The notes under the pieces: model-generated
Told to the model about the DNA's origin: nothing
What the model saw: the letters and a program-made list of their open reading frames with translations, nothing else
The model's database searches: none
Program-made: the position numbers and the translations under genes
Shown here: piece after piece, positions 9,346 through 19,155 of the stretch
Position numbering within the stretch: position 1 is the stretch's first letter
Layout of the letters: each line of letters starts with the position of its first letter
Assembly: GCA_002722735.1 (NCBI GenBank)
Contig: PBMR01000009.1
Location: 42,881 to 106,880 of the forward strand
From: Methanobacteriota archaeon
GTDB taxonomy: Archaea > Thermoplasmatota > Poseidoniia > Poseidoniales > Thalassarchaeaceae
DNA: 64,000 bases
Reading direction: 5' to 3'

Positions 9346-9822
9346 CTATAACCGGTACCTATTGAGCCCGGGATATCGTTCCTCAGCATGGTCACGCACG
9401 GAATGGGCCACATCGTCCAGCAAGGAGTGCCCGGCTGGAGTCAACACCTTCCCTAGAATGACCGTTCCAGCGGTATTGTGCGAGTTGGTCACTAGGCCGG
9501 ACTCGGTGAGTTGCTGAAGAATCCTCCTAGAGATGCTCCTAGAACCAGCAACAGATTTGTTCTTCCGCACACCTCGATTCTTTGAACCCCCATATTCCTG
9601 AGCAATTCTGTTTGCTCCAATGGGCCCCTTATGACCGACTTTACGAAGCATGGCTGCAGCACGGGTGTGCCACCAATCTATCTGAGTTGGGGGGCGCTCA
9701 CGGTTGGAACCAGTCTTCACGTGAGCAGCCCATTCGGGCGGGGCGATTGCGTCGTAGGCGTGGAGCCTCTCTGCGAGACCACCAATCAGTTGGTCCGCCG
9801 GGACGTCGTAGTACGTGGTCAC
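9346..9822 (-). CDS. rps19e: 30S ribosomal protein S19e
   Basis: MTTYYDVPA...[15 protein letters not shown]...WWHTRAAA...YGG; SD AGGTGA upstream. Confidence 0.96.
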   Translation of the reverse strand: MTTYYDVPADQLIGGLAERLHAYDAIAPPEWAAHVKTGSNRERPPTQIDWWHTRAAAMLRKVGHKGPIGANRIAQEYGGSKNRGVRKNKSVAGSRSISRRILQQLTESGLVTNSHNTAGTVILGKVLTPAGHSLLDDVAHSVRDHAEERYPGLNRYRL

Positions 9823-9951
9823 TAAATCACCTGTGCGTGCCGCCCGTCCAACAGACCGTATTTAACCGTGATGACCCGGTTTTCGATTCTTGCCTTAGTA
9901 TATCGGGTGTCTTCGACAAGCATTGAAAACAAGTTGTCGAATGCCGCTGGT

Positions 9952-10764
9952 GTGAAGCGCTCCCTCTCAAAGAATCCAAACATGATTCGAACTATGATTG
10001 GAACAGGCATGACGCTGATCATCCTCCTCTCCTATGCTGTGTACTCGAATACTGTCGATTCAGAGTACTACGGTTACTCCACCACCAATGAGGCCTTGGT
10101 GATGGACCTACAGTCAGAAACTGAGGGCAAAGCCAGTTGGTTCTACACTACCCGGGCTGCCATCACATGGGTCAATGTGTCCGTTGATGGTGCTCCAGAT
10201 TCGGGAGCTACCTTAGTAGTCGAGGCAGAGGGCATTAACTCAGAGTGGTACTACTCTCCGAACCTAGGCTTGGTGAGTGGTACGAACTACGTCTGCAACG
10301 AGCCTGAGAGCGACTATTCGAGCATATTGGAGACGTGCTCTTTCGAACGCTCGCACAGCATGGAGTTGAGCGAGGGCTCCGGCATCATGAGGGGGCGGGC
10401 CTCCCTCGAACTCCCCATCGAGGGACTCGGGTTCCTCGAGAACGAGGATATTGGCAAAGCCGAAATCGAAGCTAGGGAGAAAATTGACACCCAGAACAAG
10501 ACGATTACGTGGAGGATCTCCATCGTGAGCGATGGCCAAGAAATCCCCAGCGACGACGTCGAAGTTCACGCGGTGGTCACAACCCACGAGTTCGTTAGCA
10601 TTGAGCAGTTCAAGATAGACCCAGTACAGGAGACCATCTACAGCTTCGCTAGTCTCGTGGGATGCTTCTTCCTAGTATTGGTCATTCCTTTGATGGTCTA
10701 CTTCTCCGCTGTCTACAAAGAGCGGAGGGATGAGGTCATTCGTCTATCCGTCTCAGAGGAGTAG
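9952..10764 (+). CDS. membrane-anchored hypothetical protein
   Basis: N- and C-terminal hydrophobic helices flank an acidic soluble domain; start uncertain (ORF open from 9868). Confidence 0.7.
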   Translation: MKRSLSKNPNMIRTMIGTGMTLIILLSYAVYSNTVDSEYYGYSTTNEALVMDLQSETEGKASWFYTTRAAITWVNVSVDGAPDSGATLVVEAEGINSEWYYSPNLGLVSGTNYVCNEPESDYSSILETCSFERSHSMELSEGSGIMRGRASLELPIEGLGFLENEDIGKAEIEAREKIDTQNKTITWRISIVSDGQEIPSDDVEVHAVVTTHEFVSIEQFKIDPVQETIYSFASLVGCFFLVLVIPLMVYFSAVYKERRDEVIRLSVSEE

Positions 10765-10765
10765 T

Positions 10766-11164
10766 CTATGCCCCAAGACTTTCTGAGGGGTGGTTAACGC
10801 ACGGACCGGTGTCCCACTTCAACTCTTCAGGTTGAACAATTATCACTGCCAGACCTAGATTGAGAAAACTCTTGATCGAAAGGGCAACACGCTCGTTAAC
10901 TGGGGCAATCTTCTCGGCGAAGGCGAGGTCCATTCGAACCACAATTTCTGCTAGGTTGTTGTTTCCGTCCATAAGATTCCACAGCAGGGAGTTCATCTCG
11001 TCCAAAGTACGTTGGATGCTCTTGGGGGCCCTCATGAGATTGGATAGGAGCAGTTCGAATCCACTCAGTGACTTCTCATGCATTATGACGACCTGCCCAC
11101 TCTCAACAACTTCCCAGTAGACAGGGGCTCTTGTCGGGAATGATTTTGCCAACATATCAATCAC
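10766..11164 (-). CDS. PqqD-family (RRE-like) protein
   Basis: TLDEMNSLLWNLMDGNNNLAEIV..M...F....APVNERV..SIKSFLNLGL resembles the PqqD-family winged-helix pattern. Confidence 0.65.
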   Translation of the reverse strand: MIDMLAKSFPTRAPVYWEVVESGQVVIMHEKSLSGFELLLSNLMRAPKSIQRTLDEMNSLLWNLMDGNNNLAEIVVRMDLAFAEKIAPVNERVALSIKSFLNLGLAVIIVQPEELKWDTGPCVNHPSESLGA

Positions 11165-11337
11165 GCAGAAAACACCATGGCAATCAACGCTACGATTGCA
11201 AGGATTCCCGTACCTGCGAATGTTTTAGTGAGCCTGGTTCGCTCGGAGAAATTACTAGACCACCAAGTGGCCACACCAGAAGCAGCCGTGACAAAGAGCA
11301 AGTACTCGCTTCCCGATGGCAGTGCTCCCGAGGTCAC
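11161..11337 (-). CDS. 58-aa small membrane protein (absent from ORF track)
   Basis: GTG start after AGGAGA; reads MTSGALPSGSEYLLFVTAASGVATWWSSNFSERTRLTKTFAGTGILAIVALIAMVFSA*; GTGA overlap with the downstream gene. Confidence 0.65.
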   Translation of the reverse strand: MTSGALPSGSEYLLFVTAASGVATWWSSNFSERTRLTKTFAGTGILAIVALIAMVFSA

Positions 11338-11342
11338 GTATA

Positions 11343-11888
11343 CTATCTCCTAAGTTTGACTGTACTGGTCACGAGCGATTCTGCCAGCCCACTGACGCGG
11401 TTTCGAATGGACTCCTCGATCAGTTGGCCCGATTCATCGAACGCACTTTCGACATTCCCAATGGCCACCTGCTCTGGCACGACCCAACCGTGAACCCACC
11501 TAGCAACGATCCTCATGTGGTTCAGAGTGTTGCTGTTAGTCCGCCCCCCCAAGGTGCTCATTAGGCCGAACACCTTACCAGAGGCCTGTTCGGAAGACAG
11601 CCAGTCTAGGTTGTTCTTCATCACACCGCTCATAGTGCCGTGGTACTCAGGGCTGGACAGAACGAACGCATCGGCCGATTCGGCCTTATCCTTGAACTTC
11701 TTGACATTCGGATGCGACCAACACCCCTCCTCCCCAACCATGGGGAGGGGGGTCTTCTCATTGTCCCATACGAAGGCCTCTGCTCCTGCCGTTCTGCAAT
11801 CCCCCAGCACCAATTCGAGAAGCCTTCCGTTTGATGATTCCATTTCGTAAGATCCGCTAATCCCCATTACGACAATATGACCGTCCAT
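11343..11888 (-). CDS. NADPH-dependent FMN reductase
   Basis: GISGS...SSN and ADAFVLSSPEYHGTMSGVMKNNLDW motifs. Confidence 0.92.
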   Translation of the reverse strand: MDGHIVVMGISGSYEMESSNGRLLELVLGDCRTAGAEAFVWDNEKTPLPMVGEEGCWSHPNVKKFKDKAESADAFVLSSPEYHGTMSGVMKNNLDWLSSEQASGKVFGLMSTLGGRTNSNTLNHMRIVARWVHGWVVPEQVAIGNVESAFDESGQLIEESIRNRVSGLAESLVTSTVKLRR

Positions 11889-11972
11889 GGTTTGGGGACT
11901 CCCCTGCCCTTCATTATACCGACTGGACAAAATTTGCCAATACTTATCCCTCTGTCATTAGGCCCCCACTCT

Positions 11973-13178
11973 ATGGAGCAGGGAAGTATTGCGTCCCAAT
12001 TGCAGGAAGCAGGCTCTATGGCCAAGCGAGGTGACACAACTGCTGCAATCGAAGCCTACGAAGAGGTGATTGCTCATGATGCTGAAAATGCAACAGCGTG
12101 GTATTGCCTTGGCGTGCTATATTCGAATCAGGGTTCAGCAGAAAGGGCAATCGTGTCTTTCAAGGAGGTGGATAGGCTATTGCCGAATCACGGTCCAACA
12201 CTGTCGAACCTAGCGATTCTGCTCGAGGAAGAAGACCCGCCCAGGGCCTCGAAATACGCGAGAGCCGCCCACATATCATACCCTGATAACAAAGCCCTAG
12301 CTAGAATCTCATCCGCATCGGACGACCATCCTCCTCGAGTATTCCTGCAAGCCTCACCCTTATCCGAGCCTTCAGAAGGCCAGTCTGATGAGGGCGGCAT
12401 CACTCTCGATTCGGAAGAACCGTCCCCAATGAGTTCTGAGAGTATGATGATTGAGGCCGAGAGCCATACTTCCGCCGGCAATCACGCAGCGGCTGTGTCT
12501 GTCTGGAAGGGGCTGCTTGAGGGCGCCCAGGACTCGCCCGAGGTTTGGAGGGGATTGGGAGATGCTCTCGAAGCGGCTGGCTATCCCGACAGGGCTGCTC
12601 AGTGCCGACAGAGGGCCGATAGCATAGGGGAGGCTCAATACCAAGCAGTAACTCCTGTTGCCCTGGATGAGGATGAGCTTGAAGAGGCCCTGGTACAAGC
12701 CGCCTTGACGCATTCAAACGAAGAGTCCCCGCCCCTCGAGCGCAGCGGCGATCTCAATGCCTCGATAGAGTGGTACAATAAGGGCTTATCACTCCTTCAA
12801 GAGGACAAAGCCACCGAGGCCCTTACCTGCTTCGAAAAAGCGATTGGTGGTTGTCCTAAGGAAGAGGTCGAACTAAGGGTCAGAGCCCAGAATGGAAGAG
12901 GTCATGCATTGTTCAAATCCTCCCGATTCGCAGAGAGCGTCCTTGCATACCATACTGCAATCAACATGGATTCCAAAAGCGTCACGGGCAGGACCCTGTT
13001 CAACATGGGTTCCTCTTATGCGGCAGTCGAGCTATATGAAGACGCGATAAAATGCTTCACTCAGTCTTTGGAGAGGGGATTGGATAAGGAAGACGCCGAG
13101 CTCTGCGAGAAGCATATCAGCCGTTGCAGATTGCTTTCGAGGGAGCAGCTCAAGCGTCAAACCAGAGCATCCCGATAA
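11973..13178 (+). CDS. tetratricopeptide repeat protein
   Basis: Several TPR units (AWYCLGVLY, VWRGLGDAL, WYNKGLSL, LFNMGSSY) separated by acidic linkers. Confidence 0.85.
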   Translation: MEQGSIASQLQEAGSMAKRGDTTAAIEAYEEVIAHDAENATAWYCLGVLYSNQGSAERAIVSFKEVDRLLPNHGPTLSNLAILLEEEDPPRASKYARAAHISYPDNKALARISSASDDHPPRVFLQASPLSEPSEGQSDEGGITLDSEEPSPMSSESMMIEAESHTSAGNHAAAVSVWKGLLEGAQDSPEVWRGLGDALEAAGYPDRAAQCRQRADSIGEAQYQAVTPVALDEDELEEALVQAALTHSNEESPPLERSGDLNASIEWYNKGLSLLQEDKATEALTCFEKAIGGCPKEEVELRVRAQNGRGHALFKSSRFAESVLAYHTAINMDSKSVTGRTLFNMGSSYAAVELYEDAIKCFTQSLERGLDKEDAELCEKHISRCRLLSREQLKRQTRASR

Positions 13179-13339
13179 TTGACAGCAATATTGTTCTGCA
13201 ATTTTCTGCATATGGGGCATTATTGATTTGCAGCAGAAAATCTCAGCAATCGTTGAAATAGAGGCCTCCAGCACATCGTACCATGGACGACCTATGTGGC
13301 AAGAAACTCTCATTGCCAGTTACCACTCATTTTGATACC

Positions 13340-13672
13340 GTGGGCGTCACCATCGACTTCACCGAAGAGGCAAAAATAGCCATTAGAAGTGCATTGAACG
13401 GTGATGAGGGCACCCATGTCCTGATTGTCAGTGCCGACTCAGGTGGGTGTTCAGGGTACATGTACGATATGCAAGTCACCGAGGATCCCCTCGACGATGA
13501 GTTTCAGAGTGTCGAAGTCGATGGAATGAGAGTTCTAGTTCACAATAGGGACAGTGTAATGCTCTCTGGCATCACAATCGACTACAAGAACGAGTTAATG
13601 GGTGGTGGGTTCCAGATTCTCAATCCCAACGCAGGCAAATCGTGTGGCTGTGGTCAATCTTTTGGCGTGTAG
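13340..13672 (+). CDS. A-type Fe-S cluster carrier (HesB/IscA/ErpA)
   Basis: SGGCSGYMY and NPNAGKSCGCGQSF motifs. Confidence 0.94.
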   Translation: MGVTIDFTEEAKIAIRSALNGDEGTHVLIVSADSGGCSGYMYDMQVTEDPLDDEFQSVEVDGMRVLVHNRDSVMLSGITIDYKNELMGGGFQILNPNAGKSCGCGQSFGV

Positions 13673-13676
13673 GTCT

Positions 13677-14750
13677 TCAGTTCGGATCCGGTGTGAAATC
13701 AAATTCCTCTCTCTGTTCGATCCATTTGGATAGGGGTATAAGGGGGGATATCCTCAATGTCCCGTGGCTGCGGGTGAAAAGGTAGACCATCGGATCGAAC
13801 TCATCAACCATCTGGAGTTGGAATGTCTGCCTTACTGAACCCCCCCTTGTCCTGAAAAATACGATTTCGACGGTAATCCCGATTATGGTGGCTGTGTATA
13901 GAACTAGGAGCACGCTAATGGAGAAGGCAACAGGATCGTGGAATAACTCGCCAGTGCGAATAGATGAGCCGTACATGAGCTGCCTCGACAGCAGGAATAG
14001 GAGTCCCACACCGACCCAAGGGCCAAGAGCATCCTCGACGAAGGAGTCCATGGGGATGAGTCGTCTGTTAGTGGGGTCTGCGAAGGTCAGAGAACTCTCA
14101 GTCGCTGCTCTGATGACTGAGATCGCCGAAACCAGGACTATGTAGACGGCTGCACTGAGAAGAAGGACGTTGAACGAACTCAATGGCATGTACGAGACAA
14201 TCAGGTATGCGAATAGTCCGAGGAAGACCGTGATTGGCATACGATGTATCGATGCTAGCACCTTATCGAGCTCTTTTGCACCCTCCCCCAGACGCGGGAT
14301 GCCAATCACCTCCCATCGGGTGTACTGCTGGATAATTCGTGCGACGAGCGAGAGAATGCCCTTGTCGATGAGGATCCACTCAACAAGTCTGAGTACCGGC
14401 ATCATCGGCAATGTGATGATTGCTGCAAATAGGCCTACTAGGGGCCAAAGGACCAGGCTAGGGAAGAGGAGGAAGTGCTGAATCCTGAGGGGATGGAGCA
14501 AGTCAGATTCGATACGAGCTTGTCTATCGGAGATCAGATGGACCTTCCTTGCCTCGGCATCAAGCTCGGATCGATAACGGCTGAGTGGGATTCCAGAATC
14601 CAAGACCATTCGGACCTTTTCGCGGTAATGCTCTTGCTCGGGTTCGATGCCCACCCACCATCGCCAAGCAAAGGATACCGGAAGGGCGAGGAAGACAGGC
14701 GTGAGCAGTATCAATAGAGAGGTGAGCATTGCCTCCAGAGACTCAACCAC
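13677..14750 (-). CDS. multi-pass membrane hypothetical protein
   Basis: 357-aa ORF with about 6 hydrophobic segments. Confidence 0.7.
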   Translation of the reverse strand: MVESLEAMLTSLLILLTPVFLALPVSFAWRWWVGIEPEQEHYREKVRMVLDSGIPLSRYRSELDAEARKVHLISDRQARIESDLLHPLRIQHFLLFPSLVLWPLVGLFAAIITLPMMPVLRLVEWILIDKGILSLVARIIQQYTRWEVIGIPRLGEGAKELDKVLASIHRMPITVFLGLFAYLIVSYMPLSSFNVLLLSAAVYIVLVSAISVIRAATESSLTFADPTNRRLIPMDSFVEDALGPWVGVGLLFLLSRQLMYGSSIRTGELFHDPVAFSISVLLVLYTATIIGITVEIVFFRTRGGSVRQTFQLQMVDEFDPMVYLFTRSHGTLRISPLIPLSKWIEQREEFDFTPDPN

Positions 14751-14811
14751 ACATCGCCCCTACCCACGAGACCCAAGAATGAAGCGGTTCGGTTTGGGCT
14801 AAGGTGTCAAA

Positions 14812-15405
14812 TCATTGGGTGCTGGTGTAGTTACCAGCGACGGCACCCCAGTCTACGACGTTCCACCAAGCAGTGATGTAGTCCCCTCTAGCTGGTCCGA
14901 ACTTCTTGTAATAGGCATGCTCCCACAAGTCAAGACCAAGTATTGGTATTCCGTTACCAGAAATCAGGGGGTTGTCCTGATTAGGGGACGAACAGATGAA
15001 TAGAGACCCGTTCGATGAGCACAGCCACGCCCAACCACTGCCAAACCTGGATATTGCAGCATTGGTGAATTCGTCCTTCATACCTTCAATGGAACCAAAG
15101 GCATCATCGATGGCTATAGCCAGATCACCATCAGGACTCCCGCCACCGTCGGGCGACATCACTCTCCAGAACAGGTTGTGGTTCCAGTATCCGCCCCCGT
15201 TATTCCTCACAGCAGGGATGCCATTATGCTCGGTTAGCAACTCCTCAATTGATTTTTCAGCCATATTGGTGCCTTTGATGGCAGCATTGAGCTTTGCAGT
15301 ATAGCCAGCATGGTGCTTGGAATGGTGCAGTTCCATCGTCTCAGCATCAATGTGCGGCTCAAGGGCGTCATAGGCATATCTTAGATCAGGCAAATCGAAT
15401 CCCAT
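14812..15405 (-). CDS. sod: Fe/Mn superoxide dismutase
   Basis: LEPHID..TMELHHSKHH, NNGGGYWNH, FGSGWAWL and DLWEHAYY motifs; SD GAGGAGG before the ATG at 15405. Confidence 0.96.
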   Translation of the reverse strand: MGFDLPDLRYAYDALEPHIDAETMELHHSKHHAGYTAKLNAAIKGTNMAEKSIEELLTEHNGIPAVRNNGGGYWNHNLFWRVMSPDGGGSPDGDLAIAIDDAFGSIEGMKDEFTNAAISRFGSGWAWLCSSNGSLFICSSPNQDNPLISGNGIPILGLDLWEHAYYKKFGPARGDYITAWWNVVDWGAVAGNYTSTQ

Positions 15406-15496
15406 GGTATCCTCCTCGCCATGGGAGTTTCTGATTTCAATGCTGCGGACAAATAGTCCTAGCAATATTGATGCATGTCTAGCGCGGGGTAGCAAT

Positions 15497-16465
15497 ATGG
15501 GTCGCATAGCAGTCACAGACGGAATGTCCGATGTAGCCGTATCAATGCTGAAGAATGCTGGGCATGAGGTCGTCCTAAGGCACCACGAGAAGGGGGAGAT
15601 TGCTAACGGGTCACTAGCAGCGTTCGACGCAGTGGTCATCAGAAGCGCAACCAAACTATTCGCTGAGGAAATCATGGCTTCTGTGAGGGTAGACGGGGGA
15701 ATCCGATTCATCGGTCGGGCAGGGGTTGGTGTGGACAACATCGACATAGAAGCGGCCACCGAACACGGGGTCGTCGTTTGCAATACCCCCGGTGCATCGA
15801 CTAGGAGTGTAGTCGAGATTACAATTGCTCACCTATTAGCCTCAACAAGGCACATAACAACTGCCGATAGGTCATTGCGCGACGGCCAGTGGGCGAAGAA
15901 GCACCTCAGGGGGACCGAGATTGGCGGAAAGAGGCTGGGACTTATCGGGTTTGGGCGAATCGCCAGGGGTGTTTCGGAAATCGCAACAGCATTTGGCATG
16001 GAAGTCCACGCATACGACCCCTACGTCAGCTCCTCTGACGTCGGCGTGACGATGCACGATGATGTTGACGAGGTGTTCAGGAACTGCACTCATGTCTCAA
16101 TTCACTGCAATCTAACTGAGGAGACTCGCCATTTGGTCAATTCCGATCGCATTTCTATGATGCCCGGTATAGGTGCTGACGGGACCGAGTGCGGAAATCA
16201 CATAGTCAGCTGTGCTAGGGGGGGCATCGTTGACGAGGCTGCGGCCGCAGAGGCCCTTCGGGCCGGTCAATTGAGCTCGCTAGCCTTGGACGTCTTCGAG
16301 ATTGAACCTCTTGGAGAAAGCCAGCTTCTTTCGCACAATAGCTTCCACGGAAGCCCGCACATCGCAGCATCTACTTCCGAGGCCCAAGCTCGAGTAGGGA
16401 CTGAAATGGCTACTCTGTTGATTGAGTTCTTCGAGACCGGCAAGCCTAGCACGGCTCTGAATTGA
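15497..16465 (+). CDS. D-3-phosphoglycerate / 2-hydroxyacid dehydrogenase
   Basis: RAGVGVDNID, GLIGFGRIA, ARGGIVDE, LDVFEIEP and PHIAAST motifs. Confidence 0.9.
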   Translation: MGRIAVTDGMSDVAVSMLKNAGHEVVLRHHEKGEIANGSLAAFDAVVIRSATKLFAEEIMASVRVDGGIRFIGRAGVGVDNIDIEAATEHGVVVCNTPGASTRSVVEITIAHLLASTRHITTADRSLRDGQWAKKHLRGTEIGGKRLGLIGFGRIARGVSEIATAFGMEVHAYDPYVSSSDVGVTMHDDVDEVFRNCTHVSIHCNLTEETRHLVNSDRISMMPGIGADGTECGNHIVSCARGGIVDEAAAAEALRAGQLSSLALDVFEIEPLGESQLLSHNSFHGSPHIAASTSEAQARVGTEMATLLIEFFETGKPSTALN

Positions 16466-16548
16466 ATTGCAGTTTGAAATAATCAACAGCAATCGTTTGC
16501 TACGCACAAAGCTTGCAAAGAAGTGGTTTCAGAAAACCCATGCGTAGC

Positions 16549-19026
16549 CTATGACAAATTGTGCATATTCGTGAGTGTATTTTCGAAGACTAGCAAGTTT
16601 TCGGGAATATCCACACCCTCGATAGGAGACTTGAGAGAAATACCACTATCCTTCTTCATCTTCCAGATCATTGAATTGAAAGAGATCAATGAGTCGGTGA
16701 GCCCCTTCATAGATTCGAACATGTTGGCACCGCAGGTGTCCGGAATCCTCGGGAACCCCACAACATCTACAGCGCTTCTCCCGTATAGGGTAGTGCTGAG
16801 GTAGTGGGTGAAGAAAGGGCATATTGGGGTGAAGGCGCTCATCAGGTCCCTAACCACCCTGTGAAGGGCCCACGTGGCCGAATCATTGCCGTCGTACAGC
16901 CTCGACTTGGACATCTCAAGCCAGTGGCTAGGGAAAATCCCGGTGCCGAAGGCCTTGATGGACTGGGCGGCAGTGTAAATGTCAATCTCTGCCCATGCAC
17001 TTTCGACTACTGAGAGCGTGTGGTCGAACTCAGATAGAATCCATACGTCCTCCGGCTCGAGATCGGGGGGGATATCCAAGTTCTCTGGGGCATCAAACTG
17101 GCTAGCGAACCTAGCGATGTTGAACATCTTGGTCAGTATGCCGTAGTACTTCGTCTCGATCTCCTCTGGGTTGATGTGGAAATCATCACCAACCTGCGCG
17201 TCGCAAGCTTTCCAGAGCCTGAAGCACTCGCTACCGATCTTGTTGGCCTTGAGGACTACTTGCTTGCCGTCAGCCCCCCTGATCTTCCATGACCCGGTCC
17301 TACCCCCTGCTCCGCATTCCAGAATGCTGTCGGCATCAATGCCGTTGCCCAGAGACTTGGACATCTTACGGCCCCAGGGATCCATACCCAGCCCGTCGAT
17401 CCAGATGCTATGGAAACCAGGCTGATCGAGGAGAAGCGCGCTCTTCAGGAGGGTGTAGTATAACCAGGTGCGAACGATTTCCTTGCCCTGAGGCCTGATT
17501 GAGGTGGGGAAGGCCCTCTCGAAAAGATTGGGGTCGCTGATGTATCCGGAGACATAGAGATTGGAGTTAGAGGAATCCATCCAAGTATCGAACACCTTCT
17601 CCTCGCCGGACAATGCACCGAGACTACTCTCCATCTCACCATAATTTCCAAGGAACTTTCTGGTTTCCCGGTCAAGAACCTCCGATCCAGGGGGCGGATA
17701 CTCCCTCCATGGTTGTACGTAGCAGCCCTGTGGGGGGACGACTACTTTGTCCCCGTCCTCGGAATACCATATCGGCACCTCTGTGTGGTACCATCTACGT
17801 CGACTGATGGGCCAGTCAATCGAAATTCCGTCCATCCAGTCATGGAGGTACTGCCTATTGCGCTCGGGAATGAATATACTCTGATCAGAGAGCTCTCGCA
17901 GCCTGTCAAGGATATGCGTCTGTCTGACGTACCATTCCTTTAGCAGGATGATCTCGATGGGATTGCCCCCCCTCTCACTGACCGGGACTTCCTGCATCCT
18001 CTCCTCGGTGGACACAAGGCAGCCCGATTCGCGCAGCAAGTCGATAGCGTTCTTTCGTGCCTCGAAGGCTGGAAGGCCCTCAAGAGGCCCAGCAATGGAA
18101 GTCATCTTCCCGTCCATATCGATTGCTACGTGGGGGCGAAGGGCCAATTCTCTGAACACTGCGACGTCATTCTGGTCACCAAAGGAGCAAATCATCAGAA
18201 CTCCGCTGCCAAAGTCCATTCTCACTGAGGGGTGTGCGAGGATTTCGACGGTGTCCTCTCGTCCGCTGACAGGCATGGGCAGACGAACCCTCTTGCCGAC
18301 TAAGTGTGAATACCGTTCGTCGTTTGGGTGTACTACGACAACCCCGCATGCGCAGATCAACTCGGGGCGGGTGGTTGTGATGACGACCTCCTCACCGTCC
18401 ACAGTGGTCCATGATATGCCACATAGCACAGTTTTGCGGGAAATGCGCTGAACCTCGGCTTCAGCAAGAGTAGTGCCTTCGACTGGGTCGTAGAGGTTGG
18501 GCCGGAGATCCTCGATAATTGACCCGCTCTTGAACAGGTCTACGAAAATTGATTGGGTTACGGCCCGGTAGTCAGGGGCATCAGTAAGGTACTCGTTTTC
18601 ATAGTCGCATGACAGACCGACTCTCTTGGCAGTCTGCCTCATCTCGTGGGTATATTCCTCGATGACTTCGGTGCAGAGGTCCAGAAACTCCCCACGGTCA
18701 TAGCTCCTCATCTTGCGACCGGTCTTCTTCTCAACAGTGAATTCGATGTTGATGCCATTACGATCGACACCCCATGGGAAGCGCACCTCCTTCCCCAACA
18801 GCCTCTGGCTACGTGCGATCACATCGATCATGCTGTACTGTGCGACAGCACCGATGTGCCAAGTTCCACTGGGATAGGGTGGAGGGGTGTCGATGATGAA
18901 AAGTTCACGTTCGCTTGTTGGGTCGAATGAATATCGTTGTTCATAACCGTCATCATAGTGCTCCTGTTGGATCTTCTTCTCGAGATCCACAGTCCACCTT
19001 TTGTCAGATATCTTAGGCTCTCCCAT
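16549..19026 (-). CDS. valS: valine--tRNA ligase (archaeal type)
   Basis: IDTPPPYPSG.WHIGA (HIGH variant), TTRPEL, DWPISR, FDTWMDSS and KMSKS; SD GGAGGTGA. Confidence 0.94.
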   Translation of the reverse strand: MGEPKISDKRWTVDLEKKIQQEHYDDGYEQRYSFDPTSERELFIIDTPPPYPSGTWHIGAVAQYSMIDVIARSQRLLGKEVRFPWGVDRNGINIEFTVEKKTGRKMRSYDRGEFLDLCTEVIEEYTHEMRQTAKRVGLSCDYENEYLTDAPDYRAVTQSIFVDLFKSGSIIEDLRPNLYDPVEGTTLAEAEVQRISRKTVLCGISWTTVDGEEVVITTTRPELICACGVVVVHPNDERYSHLVGKRVRLPMPVSGREDTVEILAHPSVRMDFGSGVLMICSFGDQNDVAVFRELALRPHVAIDMDGKMTSIAGPLEGLPAFEARKNAIDLLRESGCLVSTEERMQEVPVSERGGNPIEIILLKEWYVRQTHILDRLRELSDQSIFIPERNRQYLHDWMDGISIDWPISRRRWYHTEVPIWYSEDGDKVVVPPQGCYVQPWREYPPPGSEVLDRETRKFLGNYGEMESSLGALSGEEKVFDTWMDSSNSNLYVSGYISDPNLFERAFPTSIRPQGKEIVRTWLYYTLLKSALLLDQPGFHSIWIDGLGMDPWGRKMSKSLGNGIDADSILECGAGGRTGSWKIRGADGKQVVLKANKIGSECFRLWKACDAQVGDDFHINPEEIETKYYGILTKMFNIARFASQFDAPENLDIPPDLEPEDVWILSEFDHTLSVVESAWAEIDIYTAAQSIKAFGTGIFPSHWLEMSKSRLYDGNDSATWALHRVVRDLMSAFTPICPFFTHYLSTTLYGRSAVDVVGFPRIPDTCGANMFESMKGLTDSLISFNSMIWKMKKDSGISLKSPIEGVDIPENLLVFENTLTNMHNLS

Positions 19027-19155
19027 CGAATCACCTCCTACGCTGCCATGCCATTGACGTACATTCTTGACCGTTACCTAAGAAAATACAGAAAACACCC
19101 CACACCGCGAAATACATCGGCGTGGGGTTGAAGGGATGTCTAGCGGCACATCTCA

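Noticed and set aside
9912..9941. Inverted repeat TTCGACAA-N14-TTGTCGAA between rps19e and the divergent membrane gene
   Set aside because: Single occurrence with no linked regulator; it cannot be distinguished from chance.
15406..15783. Long N-terminal extensions in the ORF track for sod (also seen for the serA-like gene, mdh, aCPSF1 and class 2 DHODH)
   Set aside because: They overlap neighbouring genes; family alignment and SD positions support the internal ATGs.
13184..16498. Recurring AGCAAT(AT/CG)T(T)G-like words in spacers near the iscA-like gene, sod and the serA-like gene (13184, 13245, 15461, 16488)
   Set aside because: 10-11 bp matches are expected by chance, and the positions relative to starts are inconsistent (one lies between convergent genes).
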